Of a stretch of DNA of 64,000 bases, positions 35,654 through 48,469 are shown piece by piece. Below the pieces are notes generated by a model. That model had not been told where the DNA came from and ran no database searches. It worked only from the letters and a program-made list of their open reading frames with translations. Made by a program: the position numbers and the translations under genes. The DNA comes from Heteronotia binoei (lineage: Eukaryota). The stretch spans positions 49,910,001-49,974,000 of the forward strand of contig NC_083237.1 of assembly GCF_032191835.1 (NCBI RefSeq), given 5' to 3'. Positions within the stretch are counted from its first letter, which is position 1. Each line of letters begins with the position of its first letter.

Positions 35654-36168
35654 GGTTGGTCGCAAATGTGGGAAGGTGTTTTAAAAGGAACATAACTTAG
35701 CTGTTTTTTTCTTGGTGTGTCTATAGAGGTTTGCAAGGAAGGTTTCTTTTCTCTTACGACAACGTGAACGGCAGAGGGGGAAGAAGGCGAGTCTCGGGGC
35801 GTTTGTTCAGAAAGGGATCTCTAGCTGTTGTATTACATTTCTGCGTGTGTGGGGGGGGGGGCGAGCTGGAGCCCTCGGTACCAGGATTCCCTCCACCTCT
35901 GTCCACTTCAGGGCTCATGTAAGGCGACTGTGATATTGCTGAGAGTTGCAGATTTCAACAGAGTAAGCTGTGACTAGTGAATGTCTGACCCTTTCGATGG
36001 CTCTGTGGATTTGGGTCCGGCTCATCACTGCGGCTGGGAGATGCGTCTGTCTACGTCTGATGCCTTCCTTTCCATTTCCGCATAGGGCAGTGTTGCGTTT
36101 TTAGGGGGGTGGGGAGAAAGTCAGGGGACTAAAACCGGGATTCTGGCCTGCTTGCGGAGGGAGCGCAG

Positions 36169-36185
36169 AGTTCATGCAAGGGACA
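36169..36185 (+). promoter_or_regulatory. DR5 RARE 3' of HOXB4, likely early neural enhancer (ENE) orthologue
   Basis: AGTTCA-tgcaa-GGGACA followed by CGTTTTCT, about 4.6 kb 3' of the HOXB4 stop; fits the position and half-site style of Hox4 3' RAREs. Confidence 0.72.
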
Positions 36186-36609
36186 CGTTTTCTAAGCGAT
36201 TAGCCTGGTATGGCAGCTACAGGATGACCCCGCCAAACCCCTTGACCTTTGCAGGACTGGACATTGTGCTGGGCAGAGAGGCTCACACAAAAACGAGGGC
36301 GGCCTAAAGCAAACTCGGGGGGGGGGGGAGAAGCAACCTAGAAACCTGGAAGAGGCTGCGGGAAGGGGGGGGGGGGAGAGAGCTAAGCAGCCCTGTCGAC
36401 GTCCCTACCGCACCCCACCCTCCGGGATCTCTCGCTTCCTTTTGTTTGCGGACGCCTGGCCGATTGTCTCGTTGGAAGTTGGCTTGGGCGACAGCGCCTG
36501 TTGTTGTTGGCCATTTCCCTGAAGGTGGAACGTTGCTGGTTTCGGGGTTGCAGTCCAGACAGCGGGGACTTCTCCTGCGACAGCCTCCTTGAAAGCAAGC
36601 GGGAAGGTC

Positions 36610-36612
<3 letters not shown>

Positions 36613-36674
<62 letters not shown>
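36613..36674. repeat. (AT)31 microsatellite
   Basis: Direct read. Confidence 0.97.
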
Positions 36675-36676
<2 letters not shown>

Positions 36677-38799
36677 TTGGGCCAGCGGCTGGTGTTTGTT
36701 TTTTATTTTAAACAAGGGAGTTCACAAGCCTCGGTCTACTGGTCTTTTCTGTTCTTTTTCGTTGTTGTACTTTAAAGCTCAATTTCCGACGTCACAAAGC
36801 ACTCTGGGTAGTACCGCTCAGCATCATTGTTCTTATTAGAATGGGTCCTTGATAACTCTTCCTTTCGGATCTGATGGGTTTTCCTCTTCCTACCCCTAAG
36901 AAAAAAGGGAAAGTTGGAAATAACTGGCACTGAGACTGGCCCCTCCAGAAGTTTACTCGGGGAACCCTAGGTTCACCGGAAGAGGCGGAGGAGGTTGTGA
37001 ACTCGGACCCGCCCCCCCCCCCCCTCCAAGGCTTTCTCATCTTCCTCTCCCTCCCTGCCTGAGTCTCCCCTCCCCTTCTCGTTTTATGCAACATTTCCCA
37101 AATGGTCTGTGGCAGCCATCGCCCAGATGGGTTCCAAAAAGAAGCAAGAATCTTGCAAAAGGCAAGGCGCTGATGCTGAGCTGGATGGTAAACGTGGTCA
37201 TGGCGATGCTTGGCTTGGTACCATCAGCTGGGAAGGGCCGTCGCTCGTTTAAAATGGCTGCCTAATCCACCTTCTCTCTCTCCTCCCCCCCCCCCACACC
37301 TGNNNNNNNNNNNNNNNNNNNNNNNNNNNNNNNNNNNNNNNNNNNNNNNNNNNNNNNNNNNNNNNNNNNNNNNNNNNNNNNNNNNNNNNNNNNNNNNNNN
37401 NNNNNNNNNNNNNNNNNNNNNNNNNNNNNNNNNNNNNNNNNNNNNNNNNNNNNNNNNNNNNNNNNNNNNNNNNNNNNNNNTGGGATGTTGAGAAGGTTTT
37501 TGGAGCTGCTGAAAATAGACCAATGTGTGCAAATGTTTGTATTCCGCAGGGTTTGGTGACAGCCACAACCTTTTAAATCAATGAGAAATGTGCCACAATA
37601 ACGGGTGGTGTGCTGTAGTCGATGGGACAAGACTATCGCCAAGACAGTGACGCCAGTGCACCAGGGTGGTGCGTGGGTTTGAATAGGTGTCAGTGCAGGT
37701 AGACTAGGCCTAAGATGCTTCTTCTAATTCTAAACGGACTTCACAGCCTAAGTGGTTTCTAAACAAGCCTGCTATCCAACAGCTGCTAATATCGCCCTTT
37801 TAAAACGTTCGGTTTTGTTTGCGGAGTTGGGAAGAATGATAGAAAAGAAGCCACTACCGAAGGTTGTCATTAGGCTGCCGCATAACAATCCATTCATAGA
37901 TCACTTGAGTTTCCAAATAAACCCAGATATCAATTCACAGATCAGCTGAGTTTCCAAGTAGAAAGATAGCCCTACTCTAAAGAGAGTCTTCACCTCCCTT
38001 CCCACCCAGTCCCAAACCATCTGCATTTGTCAAAGTACAAGAAGGGAAAAAAATGTATAGGGGTTTTAAAATGAACAAAGTTGGTGCGAGCAGAGCTGCA
38101 CATAGATAGAAGAAAATCTGAAATGCATGCATGGACACGGACAGCGAGAAAAAGAGAGACAGAGAGAGAATATGTTCCGGGAATGCTTTCTATTTACGGG
38201 CACAGCATATGTATACCTTCCTTACAAAGGCACACAGGGTTACAAGCGTGAAAACTATATATGCAGCTGTGCGCTCTGGATAGTCGCAAATCCATGTGCA
38301 TTGCATATTATTTTGAATAATTAAAAAAAAGGTTAGGCCTGCAATGCTTCCCCCTGCTCGCAGACAGATTCTGGGGCTAAGCACCGANNNNNNNNNNNNN
38401 NNNNNNNNNNNNNNNNNNNNNNNNNNNNNNNNNNNNNNNNNNNNNNNNNNNNNNNNNNNNNNNNNNNNNNNNNNNNNNNNNNNNNNNNNNNNNNNNNNNN
38501 NNNNNNNNNNNNNNNNNNNNNNNNNNNNNNNNNNNNNNNNNNNNNNNNNNNNNNNNNNNNNNNNNNNNNNNNNNNNNNNNNNNNNNNNNNNNNNNNNNNN
38601 NNNNNNNNNNNNNNNNNNNNNNNNNNNNNNNNNTAGAGGCATCGGCTTCCGAAGGAACCCCTTCAAACACGGAGCCTCCAACGTCGGTTCTAGCTTTTTC
38701 CCTTTGGCAACGTCCCTTCCAGAGACAGAGAAAGAGGCGGGGAGGTTGTCTGGCCGGGAGAGCGGAGTTTGGGAGCTTTCTCAGTTTGATCGGTTAGCC

Positions 38800-38860
38800 C
38801 CCTGACAGATTTATGATCCCCAATAAAACCGGCGTGTTTAAATTCGTAAATCAATCTGCC
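38800..38860. promoter_or_regulatory. Candidate Pbx-Hox-Meis module
   Basis: TGACAG (38803-38808), AGATTTATGA, CAATAAAA (38821-38828) and TGATTTACGA on the minus strand (38844-38853). Confidence 0.5.
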
Positions 38861-41219
38861 TTTCCCACTATATAAACGTTCATTTTATCTTTGGAGAGAG
38901 AAAAACCCCGCTCGGATTCTCGCACCTACCGGGGAGAGGAGAGGCGCTTCCTCTGCTTTGAACTATAGAAGACGAAAGGCATCTTTTTTGCTGGGGGGGG
39001 GGGGGAAATCAAAGTTCTCTCGTTTGAAAGAGAGTAAAGGGGGAGGCGGACGAAGTTTTGTTTTCCTTGCAACCCGAGGATTATAGACTTCCCCCCTTCC
39101 CAAAATGGTATCTTTTTAAAATATACGTCTCTCTTTTTTAACACACACACAAATTTGCTTTGTTCTTCATTTGGATTTTTTTTTCGGGGACTGGTGGGAG
39201 ACGGGGAAGGTTGTCTGCTTTGTATTTTTTCATCAGTCAGATCCGCGGCCAGAGACGTCCCTTTTTTGATGCAAGGTCTCTTCCCGCGGGGGAAAGTTGT
39301 ACCCGCTTCTTCCTTTGTCTTTTGGTGTCTCTTGCCTGGCTTCGAATCCTCGCAACGCTTCGAACCCTGAACACGGTTTTGCGCAAAAGCAAGTCGCGTA
39401 GAATCGCTGCCGCCTTTCCTTCCAACTGCAGCGGGTTTTTTTTGGGGGGGGGGGGAAATGATTGCAAAATGATTTTTTATTGATTGGAGGTATGTTCCGA
39501 AGGAACGTCAGAACGGTTCTGTATCCCGACGATGGGGTGAAAAAATATATTTCCACCAAACTCGCCTCTAAGATCGCAGCAACTTCTTTAAAGACTTTGG
39601 AAGGGGGAGATCATACTTCCACCCTCCCTCAACACTATGGTCAAGCTTTATGTGGGGAGGGGGTCGGCTTTTGGGGGACCTTTTACGGGGGGGAAAGGGA
39701 CCCTTTTACGGGGGAAAAAAACCCGACAGAAACTTCGTAAAGAAACAGTCTGATACACTTATCCCTTCTCCAAGACAGAACCAACCCTGATTCTTTTGTT
39801 CTACAGACTTGCCTGTTAGAATAACCTCGACTTGCCTTGTGGCTGAATCTCTGATCCGTTCCTTTTTAAATGTTTTCTGCCTACAGAAAATCCCGGTGAA
39901 TTTGACATTTGTGAAAACATTTTTTTCTTCAAAAATTAGGACGGGTGTGTGAAAAAAAACACAACCAGCTGACAAAGCCCCTTCCGTATGCGCCCTATAC
40001 ATGTTTCTCTGGCTTGGTCAGAAAGCCTGCCGCCTGGGTTGCCTCGATTCGCGCCCCCCCCCCCCCACTCATCACACCATTGTCTTCCCCCTCCCTCTAT
40101 ATAAGCCACTGCTTCCCAAACCCCTTATCGGTTCTATTGTCTGGAAGAAGGGATGCGAAAGGGCTCTCTAGTATCACCTGGAAAAAAAGGACTGGGCTGC
40201 TGGTGGTGGTGGTGGGGAGTCCATTGCTTTTACCAACACCACAGAGCCGGGCTCTACTTCTTTAATGGCTCACTTTTAGGTAGAGAGCAGGATGGCTCGG
40301 AGGTGTTTGCAGAAGCACCAGTGAGTATGTTTTACCCTCTATTGTCTCAGTGCAGACGCCTCCCGCTTGACACGACTCCTTCCCCTTTGTAACGGAGACT
40401 CCTTTGTTTAGAGGCGCACTGCCAGGTTCCCTTCCCACCGCAGCCGAGATCCTCTGGCATCCCATCTCAAACACAAATCGGGCTCATTATTGTTATTGTT
40501 GTTATTATTACTACGCACCCTACTCTTCAGCCACTCGTTGTCAAGTTCCAGACTTGCTTAGCATATTTGACACGGGTGAAATGTGAAAGGGGAGAACAGA
40601 GGAGGAGCGAAGAAAAGGAAGGGGGGGGAAGAGATGACGAATGATAAAGGTAATATACCAGATAAACAGAAACAGATCAACTTCTAGCTTTAGTGGGTTG
40701 CAGGCGGACTCCCCCCTTTTTCTTAGCGAGGCAGTGTTTGAGGAAACCATCGCGATCCCCCCCCCCCCCCAGTCACCTGAAGGGAAGGGAAGTCGCCCAG
40801 CCCGAGGATATTTACCAAGAAACGAGTGTGTGCAACCCTTCAGCTGATTCTTTTGCGAAGATTGCCTTTATCTGGAAGCAGGGGTAGCGCCACGTGATTA
40901 ATTTCTGCAGTAATAGTCTGAAATAGTATCAGCATGTGTTCATACAGGCGTGAATGCATAGGCCCATGTATTTCTCTCTGTGTGTAGTGGATGGAGATGT
41001 GTGTGTGTGTATCTCGACTATAAACACACACATATACAGGCACGTTCCAAATGTGTGTCTGTATAGCAGATAGATCTATACGCACGCACGCAGGCACACA
41101 CACACACACGCATAGACACACGTTCCAACGTTCCAGTGGAAGGTCACAGGCGGCCCTCTCTGTCGACAGGGAAGGGAGAGAAAGAACCCCCCTACCAGTC
41201 CCCCCCCCCCGCTTCCCTA

Positions 41220-41310
41220 GTCACGTGATTCATTAAATAATTAATGCAGAGGTTGCAGAATAGATATGTATTCGTCAGGAAAATCGCAGACATGGTCTCC
41301 TTATGTCTGA
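41220..41310 (+). promoter_or_regulatory. Candidate CR3 / late neural enhancer near the distal HOXB3 promoter
   Basis: TCACGTGATTCATTAAATAATTAATGCAG: E-box plus dense TAAT/ATTA sites; position 3' of the ENE-type RARE fits the shared Hoxb4/Hoxb3 autoregulatory element. Confidence 0.6.
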
Positions 41311-41408
41311 CGTGAAATTCAACTGTCCTTTTTAAAAAAAGCGCTCGCTCGCTCTCTCATACACACACACACACACTCATAAGCCTATGCCAGAGAAGGG
41401 GGGGAAAG

Positions 41409-41439
<31 letters not shown>

Positions 41440-41697
41440 TGTGTGTATGAGAGAGGGAGAGAGCTGCAATAAAACATTTCTCAGGAAGCCAGAAACCACG
41501 CCGAGGGCTGGACTTATTGTAAGTAGCGGGAGATCCCGTCTTGCCTCCCAGTCTGTATGTCCATGTAAATTTATTGTTTGTTATTAATGTTATTGTCGTA
41601 AAATGTGACAAATCGCCATCTTCATTTCCTCCCATTTCTCTTCACCCCGTTGGTGGTGTGTACATTTATACCCATCCAGGCATTCCATATATATATT

Positions 41698-41729
<32 letters not shown>

Positions 41730-44700
41730 AACATATATCTTTTTCTCTCTTTTCCCCTTCTCTTCCAACCGGTTCTCTCTCCCCCTTTTATCTCTCTCTC
41801 TCCTTCTCTCCCTCTCTCCTTCTCTCTCTCTCCTCCTTGATTTATTACAACAAACAAGTCAGCAGCGGCCGCGGTAGCAACAGAGCGTCTTCCATTGTGT
41901 GCGCGTGTGTCTTTGGGAGAGAGTTGTGTTGTTTATGGCACCGTCCGAGATAAATCATTTCTCAAACGAAAATGATGTGTGATCTTTCAGAAGTGATGTG
42001 TGATCTTTCAGAAGTCTTCTCCCTCTCTCTCTCTCTCTCTCCCCCCCCCCCTTCCCTGGAGTTGATTATTTCAGACGATTTACTGTAATAGATCAAAAGC
42101 TTAATGTGAAAACCGTATAGCTGGGGGTCTTAAATTAAAGCATCTGTGATTACCAATTAAGGAGAGATTTGTATAAATTTGGGGCAGCGCAGGAACTGGG
42201 GAGGGGGGAAGCTAGCCGCAAAGTAGCCGGTAAGGAATTGGGGGGGCGGGGCAGATCCGGAGACTTTTTACCAACCAGCCGAAGGAAACCATCCGGTTGG
42301 TGTTCTTGCCGCACAAGTGTAGTTTGGCAGTTCCCTCCTGTTTCTTTTGTGCGCGTGAAACTCTCCGGTGCGCCAAAGACGAGGGGCGCCGGTTCGATCG
42401 AAGTGTCCTCTGCTCCGGCTGCAGCCGTCCCCTTCCCTTTCGGGGGGGGGGGGGGACTCCGGGACAATTTCCCCCGGTGTGAGAAAGGAAAAGGCATGGG
42501 GGGGGGGGGGGTTCAGAGGAATGGCTCGAAGTTCGGCTAGTTGAGTCCAGTCTCCGACGAAGAGCAAGAGATGGATGGAAAAGATGCCTGGGTCGGAGAG
42601 ATCTTCAGAATGGCACCTCAGACAGTGGGTTGTCAAGATGGGGCTGTTGGGGTTTTTTTGTGCTGCGCCCGCTTTGTTTGATGTTGCAGTTAGAACAATA
42701 GGCACCCACTTTCCAAACCCCAGAAGTGACACAACAATGGAACACCAGAACGAGATGTCGGATTCCCTCCCCCACCCCCTTCTAGACCTTGGTTAACTGG
42801 CTGAATTAGGAAGGATTTTTTTTGCCTGTAAATTTGGTTTTCCTTTGATAGGGCCCTATATATATTTGCTCTAGGGGGTCTCCTGAATTGGTGGAAGACT
42901 CAGCCTCCTGAGTCTGGGAGGAAATTTGTTCGGCTGAGTGATGGGCGTTTTTGGTGTTAGTTGTTGCAGTCTACAACTCAGTTACGCGGGTTTCCAAGAA
43001 GGAGCGATGGCCAAAGTCGCCAGCTGTGGATGCAGCGGTGTTTTGGAATGACTCCCCCCCCCAACCTAAAGAGTCCTTGGCAGATAGTTGGGGATGGGGG
43101 AGGGAGAAAGTATGGCCCCTTAGAGATGTTCCTCCCGAAAAACAGGCCTTTAAAAAATGCGAACTTGCGTGGGAATGAGACGTTTTCCAGCTCAGGTTAG
43201 AAAGTGGCAGTGCCCGGTCAGTTACCTTTGAGGGTGCCAGTTCGGTTGAGTCAAGGGGCCAGGAAGTCAGTCCCAAACCGGGGAGATGGAGGGTAGGGGA
43301 AACTCAGACCAGGGCGGCATTGGAGAGTCAGAAAACACAGCTTTGCGCCACTCAAAGAGCTGGAGAGGGGCAGAGTGGACCAAACCTTTACCCAGGATGG
43401 GATGCTCAGCTGAGCGTCTTTCCCCGTTGCTCTTTTCGCTAGCCAGCCCTGTTTTAACACCGCCCCGAGTGGTGCTATTTTACTCTGTCTCCTAGTGTAA
43501 ACCTTTATGTAGTGCAATTAGACCAACACGGTGACTTTCATTAAATATGAATGGAGACGAGGAGGGAGGTTCAAAGAGGCAGTGGAAAGCCNNNNNNNNN
43601 NNNNNNNNNNNNNNNNNNNNNNNNNNNNNNNNNNNNNNNNNNNNNNNNNNNNNNNNNNNNNNNNNNNNNNNNNNNNNNNNNNNNNNNNNNNNNNNNNNNN
43701 NNNNNNNNNNNNNNNNNNNNNNNNNNNNNNNNNNNNNNNNNNNNNNNNNNNNNNNNNNNNNNNNNNNNNNNNNNNNNNNNNNNNNNNNNNNNNNNNNNNN
43801 NNNNNNNNNNNNNNNNNNNNNNNNNNNNNNNNNNNNNNNNNNNNNNACAGTAAAGGTAGTAGGCAGAGAACTAACAAAAACGGCTTAGGGTACAATAGGG
43901 GAAAGGGAAAGTATCAAGGAAGTAGGCAAGGGGGCCAGGAAACTTGGGCTAAAAGATGAGATGGAAAATCCAGGAAAGACCGTATTTCTGCTTTAGAAAT
44001 TATACACCATTAAGAGCTGCTGCGGGGGGGGGGGGGGGGGGGCTGAGGAGCCTGTCTTGTTCCTTCCCTGGCGAAGCCTCCTTAGCTCTTGTTCAGGGTT
44101 CTGCAGAGGGAGCGAAGTTCATCCGTCGGGAGTCTGGCCTCCCTCGTCCCCTTTTGCCGCAAAGAAAGGGTGCTGAATGGAGTAGTAGGCTGGGCCCCGG
44201 ATTCCCTCCGTGAGGCATTGTCTCAGCTCTGAGGTCCGGTCAGGGGCGTTGATTAGAGAAGTCGGAGGAGGCCCTGCGGTCCAGTCTTTTTGCCCTAGTC
44301 CCTCCACTTCTTTTTTTCTTTTTTTTTGGGGGGGGGGGGGAGAGCAGGCGTGCTATTATTTTGTTGGGGTTATTTCTCAGACTTATCAGGAATATTAAAA
44401 ATTGGTGGGAGCAGAATCGGGAGGCGGAAGTCAGAGAACCCTCTATCTCAGGGGAAAGGGATTTATATCCTAGGGAAAAGGGGTTTCTGGAGTTTCTGGG
44501 TTCAGGAGCTTCTGAAGTCTCAGCGCAGTTTGTTCCCGCGGACGTCCGAATTTCGGTGGACCTGCTTCCCCCCCTCCCCCCCCTCAAAAGCGCACCGTGC
44601 AGGGAGAAGTTCTTCTGGGCTCCTATGTCAAGCTTACTCATTTTCAGAGGGGCTTGTGAATGAAAATGACCCTCTTAATTACTTTTAAGGTATCCATGGG

Positions 44701-47627
44701 GAAGAGTTAAGGGGGAAACGCCAATGGTCTGTGATTATGATGACAGAATTTGCAGGGAGCGTTATAATTTGACCCAGCGACTTGCACAACAGAAGGCGAA
44801 CATTCTAAGTTATGTTCACCTAGTGTTGTGCAACGTAGCACTTGCAGTTGCCCACCTAATAGTAAAAGTTTAAAAAGAAAATTTTTCTTTCTCCTTTTCT
44901 CTTTTGCCTTCTGTTTATTCCATCTAACCACACCTTCCTTCCTTCCTTGAAAACCACTCTGCACCTTCTTCCTCCCTCTGCCCCCAAGAGGAGACCCCGG
45001 TTTCTCCCATAACCTATACCTTTGTATCCGCCGGCCACCCAACTTCATTAAATCATAGCACATTTTCCCATTTGTGTTCATTATCGGTTTATTCATCGAT
45101 CGGGGGTAATATAATAACGTTGCCTCTCATGTTCTCTTCTACACAACGGTAACAGAACGGGTAAAATCGTTACAGTTTTCTGTTGTGTAGTGTGCATATT
45201 TCTTTATTAACTCTCTTGCTCTCCAGTAGCTCAGAAACTTAGCAATGCCATTAACAGATGATACTAGCAGAAATGATATACATAATATATTAAACCTTCC
45301 ATAGTTTATTGATTTACTAAGGCCTGCACAAATTGCTTATACAGCTTCCAGAGTCAGAAGTTTCTCCTCCTATCATTGCCATGTCAGAACTCAGATATAT
45401 GTTTTTTCAAAGTTATATGAACTATATACCTCCCTCCCCCCCCATACAATCCAAGGTGATCTTCTCTTGTGGAAGCCCCTATATAATGAATTAGGCCCTC
45501 TTCATGTAGACTTCGGTGTGTAAGAGAGCTTCCCTCTGAATGGCTACCAAGAGGCCCCCAAAGCTTCCATCTGCACCCCTCACCCCAGTCCAGACTAGGC
45601 CCAGAATCGTGACCCTTCTCTGATGTCCCCCTCCGCATTGTGTCTAGCCAACCTGGGACCCCTTCAATAGAAGAGAAAAGAGTTACCTGTTGAGACACCC
45701 TCCTTTGTGGCAACTCTGGTCCCATATTCCATTTTCTTTGCAATGCCAGAAACCTTCCCAAGAGACTGTGCCTTTGAAGGATTCAACTCCCCAGTTTGGA
45801 ATATACCTGAACCTCAAATAAGCCTCACTGACTTCAGTTCCATTTCTTCCCCAGCCAGCTCGCTGAGGTTCTTAGCCTGCTCTTTTAAAGTAATGGACGT
45901 TGTATGGGTACATCTTTGAAATTGTTCCCCTCTTGGCCAAGTCTCTGAACCCCTAAAAGCTCTGTAGAAATACAACACAAACATTCTACCTAGGTCAAAA
46001 CCCACTCCTCCCTGTCTCCCATCTGTAGCCTTTCGCAGGATTCTTGTGTTTGTTAGGGGTTGTTCAAGACATGCAGGGGGTTTCTTCGCCCTGGCGGGAA
46101 GGAACGCAGTGAAACAGTGGTTAATGTCATGAGCAGTGTAAGCGATCCAACAGTAAGGCGCGGATTGCCCAGCAATGCACGGGAACGAGAGAAATTCTGA
46201 GAAGGTATTACCCCAATGGTGTAATAGCGACGCTGTAAGGAAGGGCGCGCCCTTCTGCTTCATTCACACCTTACTGAAATCACTAGGAAACCTTCCTCTG
46301 AGCTCAGTAGCCCTCCACCTCCCAAAATCAACTATGTTTACCAGCAAGAGCTTCGTTTAAAGGGTCCCTTTTCGGAAGGCCTCACGGTATCAATCTAAAT
46401 GCGCTACTGGATGCTAGTATTTCCACCCCTTTCCCATAGCGGCTCATCAAATGCAACCTTGGGAGAAAGGATTTGGGGAACAGTAGAGGTCACCCACTCC
46501 AAGCCAGGGCGCCTGACTCGAGGGCACGCTCCCCTGTTCCGGACACAGGGTCCACATGGCCAAAGAAGGTGGCCCAGAGCCAGCCGGAACCCAAGACCAG
46601 AGAGACACCTAAGCTGTCCCTTGCAAGGGCCCTGGGAAGAACAAGAAGGGGGTGGGGAGAGCGCGTGACGCTCGCAGCTCCTTGCTAAGCCACCTCTTGC
46701 TATTGGCGCCCGCCAGCGCTTGTTGTTTAGCGTGAGCCTGAACTGTAGCCGAGGCTGCGTCGTTGGCGCAGGAGGCTTATCGATGCGATTTCTTCAGCGT
46801 GTGGATCTGAGATATCTTTTGGGAAACGCCGTAAGAGACCTACCGTTCAGCCAACCAGCTCGCCAGAAGATGCACCAAACCAAAGAAAGCAAACAGCGCC
46901 CCCGCCCCCCCCCCGTCCAATTCAGACTTTTGTGTACCCCGGTTTTCAACCCATTTCTGGTTTAGCATGTTCATGTTTGCCTTAGAAATGAGCCGGGGGG
47001 AGGAAGGGGGGCTTGAAAAAGCCTTCAAAGTAAATGTGTTCCTGATCGGGCCACCAGCTGGGTTAAGTTAGAGCTCCAGGAAGGAGTATTTCGGGGTGGG
47101 GGAGGGCTGATTTCTAGTTAATAAAGGCCCCTACGTCTAATGAAGAACGAACGACTTCGTTCTTGGGCCAAGTTACAGCTTTGACACCTGGGGCCTCTTC
47201 TGGGACTCGAACCCCATTCATACTAGTGGAGCACAGTGCCAGACAGCTGAGTTTAAACATCCCGGTGTAATATGGGACAGCGATGACACTATCACAACAA
47301 TGGGCACAGCCCATCAGGAAGTTTGAAAGGAATGGAGGAAAATATTCAGATTAAATTCTATCTTTTCCTAGTAGGACTGTTTAAAGTGCATGCCCATAAT
47401 CAGAACGGTTTATATTTCTAAAAGAGCTCTCGAGGGACCATACTAGGCAAGTTTTGCATTGTGATATGAGAGATTCAAGGCGCACAGGGCTCCCATGATA
47501 ACCTGAGTCTAATGTCATAGTGCAATTCTAAGCAGGTCTACTCAGAAACCTAATGAAGGCTACTCAAGGAAAGGGTACGTAGGCTTTCATGCTTTATTGC
47601 CATGTTCCCGGTTACTTTGATCACGTA

Positions 47628-47740
47628 GGGAGCATTCACACTACACCAAATAATGCACTTTGCAACTGGACTTTTTCCTGTTCTTACACAGTAAAAATCC
47701 TGTCGCAAAATGCATTATTTATTGTAGTGCGAATGCACCC
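47628..47740. mobile_element. Palindromic MITE (possibly PIF/Harbinger-type)
   Basis: Arms GGGAGCATTCACACTACACCAAATAATGCACTTTGCAAC / GTCGCAAAATGCATTATTTATTGTAGTGCGAATGCACCC; related copy at about 60909-61053. Confidence 0.65.
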
Positions 47741-48130
47741 ATAGTGGGGAGCGCGGTAGTATTCCTAAACAGTGATTTGGATTAAGATCCAGGATAAGTC
47801 TGGCGCCCACGGGCTCAGGGCTTCCATTCAAACCGTTCTGGGTGTAAACACATTAGGACTTGGGTTGCCTGGTAGACATGAAACAGGCTGCAATCCATGG
47901 AACTAACTATCGGGGTAGCCTTTTGTACATTGGGACGGGGGTGCTCTTATCTAAGGGGCAGCTTTAAACAGTTCATTGATTTAGAAGATGCGAGGGGAGG
48001 GGGACTGTACCTCCCAGGAATCTAAAGAAAGAAATGTCACTTGGATAGTCAGACGGCTGTCCACAGGTCAATGGGCTCTCGCAAAACGTCCATCTTGCAT
48101 AGGGTTTCTTAGGAGTACTACTATTATAAT

Positions 48131-48469
48131 CAATACTCCCTCTAAGCCCGGGGTGGCCAACGGTAGCTCTCCAGATGTTTTTTACCTACAACTCCCATCA
48201 GCCCCAGCCAGCATGGCCAATGGCTGGGGCTGATGGGAGCTGTAGGCAAAAAACATCTGGAGAGCTACCATTGGCCACCCCTGCTCTAAGCTATGGAGTC
48301 TTGTGAGCAAAAATTCAACTTTGTGACTACTGGCATTAAAGTTATGAGCTCCTGCATAAATTTGTGTGCTCTGGGGCCATTTTTCCTGAGCCAAGGCAAG
48401 AATGTGTGAGCCGGAAGCTAAAAAAAACTGCGAGCTAGCTCACACTAACGTAGCTTAGAGGGAATATTG
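48131..48469. mobile_element. hAT-type MITE (outer element of a nested pair)
   Basis: TIRs CAATACTCCCTCTAAGC / GCTTAGAGGGAATATTG; perfect 8-bp TSD ATTATAAT (48123-48130, 48470-48477). Confidence 0.88.
48148..48283. mobile_element. Palindromic hAT-type MITE (inner element)
   Basis: About 60-bp inverted arms C(C/A)GGGGTGGCCAA...; perfect 8-bp TSD CTCTAAGC (48140-48147, 48284-48291). Confidence 0.92.

Noticed and set aside
37892-37960. 28-bp imperfect direct repeat with 41-bp period
   Set aside because: Only two diverged units with no recognisable motif; likely an old local duplication.
45400-45900. Possible old LINE fragment
   Set aside because: No RT or endonuclease motifs in any frame and no second copy to support it.
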